Position numbers and translations under genes: made by a program. From Candidatus Altimarinota bacterium (GTDB taxonomy: Bacteria; Patescibacteriota; Gracilibacteria; UBA1369): a stretch of DNA of 32,000 nucleotides. A model generated the notes under the pieces. The model made no database searches. It was not told the DNA's origin and worked only from the letters and a program-made list of their open reading frames with translations. Of this stretch, positions 26,456 to 32,000 are shown piece by piece. Every line of letters begins with the position of its first letter. Within the stretch, counting starts at the first letter, position 1. The stretch is taken from NCBI GenBank assembly GCA_041659405.1, contig JBAZYK010000003.1, positions 127,651 to 159,650 of the forward strand, written 5' to 3'.

Positions 26456-26582
26456 TTATTTTTAATTTTAAAAAAATCCCGCCCAATTCGTCTAAACTGC
26501 CCAATTCACACAAATAACCTTTAAGCAATTTAACACATTTTCCTAAAAAAACGCGCCTTTTTGGTATTGAAAAAAATGGGTT

Positions 26583-29063
26583 TTATTGTGTGGGAATTTT
26601 CATTGCTCCCCAGGCTGAATCATAGTTATTTCCGGCATTCCAAACCACAAAAGAAAAAAGTCCAAGATCATATGTGGCATCAACCTGTTTTTGCACATAG
26701 GCAGGCCCAAAATTAGTCACGCGCAATCTAAATCCCTGCAACCACGGTCGTAACTCCACCGAAGTTCCTGCAATCAACTTCTGAAATTGTTTCAAACTTT
26801 CCTGCACAAAAAAATACGGTTCATTCGCAGGATTTTTGTGTCCGGCAAACCCGGGACCAAAATGCGAAGGATAAACCATCGGATAAATTGCATCAACGTA
26901 AGGCGCCAACTCTTCAATTTTCTGTCCGGTCGAAACCGAATCGTAGCCGCCATTCCAGGCAACCACCCCATAAACATCAATGCCCACTTTAACCCCAAGT
27001 GGATGCAATGTTTCACCCGCCTTCTTTAAAAAATCGCGAATAATTTCATATTTTTGAACAACCTTTTCATCAAACGAATAATTTGCTTGCCCAACTTTTC
27101 CCTGCGTTGGAAAGCGCACGTAATCAAACTGAATTTCATCCACGCCAAGTTTCGCAACTTCCTCAGCCACGCTGATTACATAATCCTGAACTGCAGGTAG
27201 CGAAGGATCAAGCCAAGACTGCCCTTCCGGACTCCTCCAAAGATTTCCGTTAAAATCATGAATCGCCCATTCCGGCTTTTTCACGGCCATTAACTCATCC
27301 TTAAAACAAACCACGCGCGCCACCACGGTAATCCCCTTTTCATGCGCGGACTTTATAAACGCCTGCGGATCCTTAAAAATAAGTCTGTTATTCCCACCAA
27401 CCTTTTTATTGATTTCATTTTGAGTTTGATAGTACAGATGCCCATCAGTTTCCTTAAAATCCACCACCACCAAATTGCCGCCACTTTGCTGCAATTTTTT
27501 CAAAATATCTTCAGCATGAGTAGAACCGGCCGAATAAGCCGTTAAATAAATCCCCCGATACGATATTAGATATTGCAAAGTTTTTATTAAAACCCGGGGA
27601 GCCTTTTTAAAAGTCGCCGCCAGATTAGTATAAATTTTCATCAAAAATTCACGATTTCTTTTATCCGCCGCCGCCTGCTCGGCCGGAGTTCGAATAATCT
27701 GCTGAATCACTTGAGTTTCGACTTGTTGAGTCACCGCAGTTTTTGCCACCTGTGTAGAATTTTGCTGAGTTGCCACCGTCACTTGCGTCCCCACGGCCAC
27801 ACCCTGCACCACCACTGCTTCCACGGCCGAAACTGGAAGCGCCAGCCCTGCCGCAATCGCACTTTGCACACCTGCCAAAACATTTTCAACATTCACCTCA
27901 CTAAAAATATATGGCTTAAAAGTTTCCACGCGTGCGCCCAAAGTCACAACCGCACGAGCCGTCTCTCCAGGCTTTCTGCCAAAATGTCGCAACCACTCAG
28001 CATCAATACCCTGAATGCGCGGTGTGCGAAAAGGATCAACCCCCGCAGCCAAAGTTTTTGTAGGATCAGCGCCGACCAAAAGTCCAAGTTTAATATTGTA
28101 AGAAATTCCATCAGCAGAACCGGACATTAAATCTGCCAAGTTAGATTTGGCAACAGGAACACCACCTTGCGCCACTGCACCACCAACCTCTTTGACAGAA
28201 GCAACAGGCACTTTTGGCACTCCACCAAAAGGATAAGCAATGGTATCCAAACGCATCCCCACCGGCAAAAGCGCTTTTAAAGCCTTAGTCTGATCCAAAA
28301 AAATCTGCTTAATTGCCTCCGGTTTCACTTTGGAAAGGTTTGTATGCGACAAAGTATGATAACCAATTTGACGACCGGTCTGATACAAATACTCAAACTT
28401 TTGCTTCACCAAATCTTTTTGACCAAAAGCGTTATCATTCACAAAAAATGTCGCAGCACGGCCAAAATCAGGATATTGTTTATAAAAGTCGTCCAAAATT
28501 CCAACAGCGCAGTTTGGGTCTATCTTAAGCTGTCCGGCGTCACTTACCCCCAAAGTTTGATTCTGACTGGCATCACTCGCCTCCAAAGTTTGACGCTGGC
28601 TAACATCACCGGCCCCCAAGCTTTGATTCTGGCTGACATCACCCTTCAAATATTTAAACTGACTGATCAGCCCATCATCAAAAGTTAAAATTACCGGCTT
28701 TTTCCCGGCAGGCCCCACAATCTTTCCATCAACAAAATCCTCCAAACTGATCAAACGATAATCATTATTATAAAGCCACAAAAGATCATTTTTAAATTGA
28801 TTCACCGAAGTCCCCCAGCGACTTCCGGCCGCATCAATATGATGAATCTCTAAAATCGGGATGCGGCCGGTAGCCACACTTACGCTTTGAACAGTGCCCG
28901 TACCGGCATTCGATGCGGACAAACTCGTGCTCCCACCAGTCACACCAGTCGTCACCAAATTTTGCGCGTACAATTTTTCAAAACTAAATCCTCCAAAAAC
29001 AAAACTTGCCGCTGTCACCGCCACACTCATCACCGCCAAAATCCCAAACGAAATTTTTCTCAT
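26583..29063 (-). CDS. Secreted bifunctional-looking enzyme: NodB-type polysaccharide deacetylase domain plus DUF4015/COG1306 TIM-barrel glycoside-hydrolase-like domain
   Basis: 826 aa. Signal peptide 'MRKISFGILAVMSVAVTAASFVFG'. NodB motifs 'ILEIHHI', 'PVILTFDDG', 'IGYHTLSH'. The C-terminal half, 'GIYLTAYSAGS...VVVDFKETDGHLYY...ARVVCFKDELMA...WLDPS...GVDEIQFDYVRFP', matches my memory of the putative glycosyl hydrolase domain DUF4015. Confidence 0.8.
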   Translation of the reverse strand: MRKISFGILAVMSVAVTAASFVFGGFSFEKLYAQNLVTTGVTGGSTSLSASNAGTGTVQSVSVATGRIPILEIHHIDAAGSRWGTSVNQFKNDLLWLYNNDYRLISLEDFVDGKIVGPAGKKPVILTFDDGLISQFKYLKGDVSQNQSLGAGDVSQRQTLEASDASQNQTLGVSDAGQLKIDPNCAVGILDDFYKQYPDFGRAATFFVNDNAFGQKDLVKQKFEYLYQTGRQIGYHTLSHTNLSKVKPEAIKQIFLDQTKALKALLPVGMRLDTIAYPFGGVPKVPVASVKEVGGAVAQGGVPVAKSNLADLMSGSADGISYNIKLGLLVGADPTKTLAAGVDPFRTPRIQGIDAEWLRHFGRKPGETARAVVTLGARVETFKPYIFSEVNVENVLAGVQSAIAAGLALPVSAVEAVVVQGVAVGTQVTVATQQNSTQVAKTAVTQQVETQVIQQIIRTPAEQAAADKRNREFLMKIYTNLAATFKKAPRVLIKTLQYLISYRGIYLTAYSAGSTHAEDILKKLQQSGGNLVVVDFKETDGHLYYQTQNEINKKVGGNNRLIFKDPQAFIKSAHEKGITVVARVVCFKDELMAVKKPEWAIHDFNGNLWRSPEGQSWLDPSLPAVQDYVISVAEEVAKLGVDEIQFDYVRFPTQGKVGQANYSFDEKVVQKYEIIRDFLKKAGETLHPLGVKVGIDVYGVVAWNGGYDSVSTGQKIEELAPYVDAIYPMVYPSHFGPGFAGHKNPANEPYFFVQESLKQFQKLIAGTSVELRPWLQGFRLRVTNFGPAYVQKQVDATYDLGLFSFVVWNAGNNYDSAWGAMKIPTQ
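28530..28643 (-). repeat. In-frame 33-nt tandem repeat (about 3.5 copies) inside the NodB domain
   Basis: Encodes 'GDVSQNQSLGA / GDVSQRQTLEA / SDASQNQTLGV / SDAGQ'. DNA units: GGTGATGTCAGCCAGAATCAAAGCTTGGGGGCC, GGTGATGTTAGCCAGCGTCAAACTTTGGAGGCG, AGTGATGCCAGTCAGAATCAAACTTTGGGGGTA. Confidence 0.9.
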
Positions 29064-29363
29064 AACAAAAATAAAGAACAGGTCTATTCTCCTGAATCAC
29101 AAAACAAAAAGCAAACGGAAAAAAGGCTAAACAAGGATAGCAAAATATAAATTTAAGCGAATTAACCTAAAACAAATTCACCCTCTGCCGTCACGCGCAA
29201 ATTACCCATCTCCACCATAAACAAAGCAAGCTCCATAAAACCATCAAAACCCCTGGAGCCGGAACATAAATCCGCACACGGCAATAGTCAAATATTGGCT
29301 TAGAATAAAGGAAATTCGCCAATATACCACACCGCACTTTTAATAACTTTTCAACCCGAAAAG

Positions 29364-29392
29364 TTCGATTTTTCTTTGCGAAAATGTATAAT
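29364..29392 (+). promoter_or_regulatory. Candidate promoter for the HNH-protein gene
   Basis: -35-like 'TTCGAT' (29364-29369), a 17-nt spacer, and a perfect 'TATAAT' (29387-29392) preceded by TG. It lies about 120 nt upstream of ATG 29514 in a 450-nt divergent intergenic region. Confidence 0.3.
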
Positions 29393-29513
29393 TCTAATAT
29401 TCGATAAAGCGCAGCAGGAAAAGAAAAAACAAGATTCACAAAACTTCAAAAAAATCCAAAAAAAATAAAACCTTAAATATCCTCGAAATCTCAAATTTTA
29501 ACCAAGATACAAC

Positions 29514-30632
29514 ATGCAAACACCCAATCTCACAACCAGCAACCTTAAAATTATCGACGACCAAAATATCACAACCCTAAACGACCAGGAACTTCTTGCC
29601 ATGGACGACCAAAAATTGTTTGCGATGTGCCAAAAATATGGAGAACAAGCGCGAATCTGGCGTCAGAAATTTGCCGGACTACTTCCGGAAGTAAACAAAC
29701 GCCGCTTGTATGAGCGCAAAGGCTTTGAATCGATTTTCGTATTTGCCAAAAAATTGGCTAGTATGAGCGAACTGCAAGTACGACGAGCGCTCAATCTTAA
29801 AGAAAAATTCAAAGAAATGCCCATGCTGCAAAATCTTTTAATCAACGGTGAAGTTAGCATGAATAAACTCGCGCGCGTGGCTTCAATCGCAACTCCAAAA
29901 AATCAGGAAATTTTGGCTGAACAGGCAAAAATCCTTTCAAATCGAGCCCTGGAAACTTTTGTGAAAGATGAACGAACCGCAAAAGAAAATTCGGACCAAA
30001 ATGATCCAACCAAACTCATTGAAAGCGAAACCCAAAACGGCAGTATCAAAAATAAAAATAGCTTCCAGAAGCCACTTTTTGACCTTAAATCTGTGCACGT
30101 GCACACGCAAACAACAGATCTTTTCGAGGATGTCAAATTGCTCGAAAAACTTTCGTCGGAACTTAAAACAAAACTAAAAGAACTCGACCAAAAAGGCTTG
30201 GACATCAATCAAATTCTGCTCAAACTTTTGCAAAATCGTGAAGAAGAAATCGCAGCAGAAAAAGAAAAAATCGGCGAAGCAATCGTGGCAGAGCAGTTAA
30301 TGCAACAGCAGGCAAAAAGCCAGAAACAAGCGCTGAATGCACAAAATCAGGCTGCCAACACACAGATTCTCGCGGAAATTCCAACAAAAAAGCCATCACG
30401 CTACCTCAATGTGAAAATTAAAAACGTGCTTAAAAAAGAATTCGGTGATAAATGTTCGATTCCAGGTTGCAACAATCTTGCAAAACCAAATCACCACACG
30501 CAAAGGTTTGGACTAAGCCAAAATAACGACCCACGTTTTCTGGCCCCGCTTTGTCCGCAACATCACGAAATCGCGCATTCGATTGACCAAAAATATCAAT
30601 TCAGAAAACATCTGGCAATTTGCGCGACCTGA
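29514..30632 (+). CDS. HNH endonuclease-domain protein with a DUF222-like N-terminal region
   Basis: 372 aa. C-terminal HNH/zinc motif 'CSIPGCNNLAKPNHHTQRFGLSQNNDPRFLAPLCPQHHEIAH'. The N-terminal 'ARIWRQKFAGLLPEVNKRRLYERKGFESIFVFAKKLASMSELQVRRALNL' resembles the DUF222/13E12-type domain. The centre is a K/E/Q-rich coiled region. Confidence 0.75.
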   Translation: MQTPNLTTSNLKIIDDQNITTLNDQELLAMDDQKLFAMCQKYGEQARIWRQKFAGLLPEVNKRRLYERKGFESIFVFAKKLASMSELQVRRALNLKEKFKEMPMLQNLLINGEVSMNKLARVASIATPKNQEILAEQAKILSNRALETFVKDERTAKENSDQNDPTKLIESETQNGSIKNKNSFQKPLFDLKSVHVHTQTTDLFEDVKLLEKLSSELKTKLKELDQKGLDINQILLKLLQNREEEIAAEKEKIGEAIVAEQLMQQQAKSQKQALNAQNQAANTQILAEIPTKKPSRYLNVKIKNVLKKEFGDKCSIPGCNNLAKPNHHTQRFGLSQNNDPRFLAPLCPQHHEIAHSIDQKYQFRKHLAICAT

Positions 30633-30822
30633 AAATCAGACCACCGGCTTCCGCCCATTCAGCGCAAAGCAATCACGCGCAATTGCGCAATCCGCAACAC
30701 AATCTACGGACATCTTTACAAAAACCGGCCGCACCCGTAGCATGAAAACAAATGAACCTGGGCTAACCAGCAAGTGGCCGATACCGTGACCAAACCAAAC
30801 AGCCAATCCTCGCAACTCCCCC

Positions 30823-31794
30823 ATGAACCTCACCCCTTATTACGATTTCGCCGTTCGCACAGCGCAGCACGCAGGCAAAATTTTGCTGGACCATTACCAA
30901 ACCGATCTTAAAATTAATTACAAAAGTTCCAACAAAAAAAATCTGGTGACAATGGTCGACAAAAAATCCGAAAAATTCATTGTTGATGCCATTAGAAAAA
31001 ACTTCCCGGACCACAGTATTTTAGCCGAAGAAGGCGGAGAATATGGGCCGCTGGCTGCCGAGAAAGATCATGCTCGAACATCAGACCAGTCCTCCGGCCA
31101 GCACAACTCGCGCGCGAAAACCGCGGGCCGTCAACCCACTCTCACGAAATCCAAAGTCGCCGCACACACTTTCCGCTGGATTATTGATCCGCTCGACGGC
31201 ACCACCAATTATGCCCATGGCCACAACTTTTTTGCTGTTTCGATCGCCCTGGAAATTGATGGCGAGATTGTAATTGGCGTAGTTTACGCCCCACAATTAG
31301 ACGAGCTTTTCCGCGCAGCCAAAGGGCACAAAGCCTATCTGAACAACGAAACAATCCACGTTTCCAAAATTAAAAAATTAGACGATTCCCTGCTTGCAAC
31401 CGGTTGGATTTATGAACAGCGCGACCGCAACATGCCTTTTGTGAAAAAATTTATGGGCGAGTGCCACGGTTTACGCCGATGCGGAGCCGCAGCCATTGAT
31501 CTGGCCTATCTGGCCATGGGTCGCTATGAAGGATTCTGGGAATTTGGCTTAAAAGCCTGGGATATTGCCGCCGGAAAATTAATAGTTGAAGAAGCCGGAG
31601 GCAAAATAACCGATATGGCAGGCAAAAAAATCAACATCGACGATTTCTGGAATTCGAAAAAATCAGCAGCAGCAGAAAAATCAGACGCTCACGCAAGCGA
31701 CAAAGCGGACTCGAAACAAGCCCCACCCACAATTTTGGCCACCAACAGCCTGATTCACAGCCAAATGCTCAAAGAAATCAAGAGTGTGAAATAG
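30823..31794 (+). CDS. Inositol monophosphatase family protein (SuhB-like) with two lineage-specific insertions
   Basis: 323 aa. Motifs 'ILAEEGG', 'WIIDPLDGTTNYAHG', 'RRCGAAAIDLAYLAMGRYEGFWEFGLKAWDIAAG', 'EEAGGKITD'. Confidence 0.85.
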   Translation: MNLTPYYDFAVRTAQHAGKILLDHYQTDLKINYKSSNKKNLVTMVDKKSEKFIVDAIRKNFPDHSILAEEGGEYGPLAAEKDHARTSDQSSGQHNSRAKTAGRQPTLTKSKVAAHTFRWIIDPLDGTTNYAHGHNFFAVSIALEIDGEIVIGVVYAPQLDELFRAAKGHKAYLNNETIHVSKIKKLDDSLLATGWIYEQRDRNMPFVKKFMGECHGLRRCGAAAIDLAYLAMGRYEGFWEFGLKAWDIAAGKLIVEEAGGKITDMAGKKINIDDFWNSKKSAAAEKSDAHASDKADSKQAPPTILATNSLIHSQMLKEIKSVK

Positions 31795-31827
31795 AAGGCC
31801 GGTACATTCAATCCCAAACCAAATCCT

Positions 31828-31891
31828 GATCCCACCGATAATCCTCCCCCAGGGGAGTGTTATCACGAACTTCTGGGATCATACGCTTTTT
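31828..31891 (+). terminator. Possible terminator after the IMPase-family gene
   Basis: Outer stem GATCCCA (31828-31834) / TGGGATC (31874-31880) encloses an inner CTCCC..GGGAG hairpin. A T5 run at 31887-31891 sits 6 nt after the stem, which is an atypical geometry. Confidence 0.3.
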
Positions 31892-32000
31892 GGTTTGAAT
31901 AAATTAAATCGCTAGACATAGAGCTGAACAATGCGATATAAAAAGAAATCAACATCACTCACCCCACGAACCAGTAATCTGAATCCTTTTAATCTGGCAT

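Noticed and set aside
29191-29439. 82-aa ORF on the minus strand in the divergent spacer upstream of the HNH gene.
   Set aside because: It has odd composition (W/C/L/F-rich) and no start context. It overlaps the best promoter candidate for the HNH gene. It is most likely non-coding.
30583-31014. Short ORFs 30583-30789(+), 30636-30833(-) and 30763-31014(-).
   Set aside because: They overlap one another or the well-supported IMPase-family and HNH genes, and have no recognisable features. They are treated as noise from a GC-rich spacer.
1-32000. CRISPR arrays, tRNA/rRNA genes, transposases or integrases, and an alternative genetic code.
   Set aside because: No regularly spaced direct repeats and no tRNA-like cloverleaf or T-loop (GTTCGAATC-type) sequence were seen in any spacer. 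No recombinase motifs were seen. All conserved genes read through uninterrupted under the standard code, so there is no sign of stop-codon reassignment.

Overview
The window looks like a compact, moderate-to-low GC bacterial chromosome segment. I found no rRNA, tRNA, CRISPR array, transposase or integrase, so taxonomy cannot be fixed from the sequence. About 17 protein genes are supportable.

Recognisable housekeeping genes are a DinG-type helicase, uvrB, a class II ribonucleotide reductase (nrdJ) and an inositol-monophosphatase-family enzyme. These are interleaved with cell-envelope genes:
- a LemA gene followed by two tandem DUF2207 membrane-protein paralogs;
- two giant paralogous surface proteins, P1 (1285 aa) and P2 (1936 aa), each ending in three S-layer-homology (SLH) domains;
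- a secreted polysaccharide-deacetylase / DUF4015 glycosidase-like fusion directly upstream of P2;
- a small island of orphan genes between uvrB and nrdJ;
- an HNH/DUF222-like protein.

The most unusual signal is the mosaic relationship between P1 and P2, which lie 13.5 kb apart. They share a multi-domain Ig-like cassette with three distinct patterns:
- a 333-bp block that is base-for-base identical;
- an adjacent 84-codon domain with about 20 synonymous and zero non-synonymous differences;
- a clean 321-nt (one-domain) indel at a repeated 'VDxxAPT' linker.
Their N-terminal regions are completely different: a 7-repeat FG-GAP array in P1, and FN3-like + DUF2341 + LamG-like modules in P2. I read this as a recombining, modular, SLH-anchored adhesin pair. 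That reading is an inference.

Secondary observations:
- low-complexity Q/T/S-rich insertions inside conserved enzymes;
- starts without Shine-Dalgarno motifs, three of them preceded by C-runs;
- a nested 122-nt inverted-repeat structure at the nrdJ 3' end;
- a long untranslated nrdJ leader.

All functional calls come from motif recognition by eye. No searches were run.
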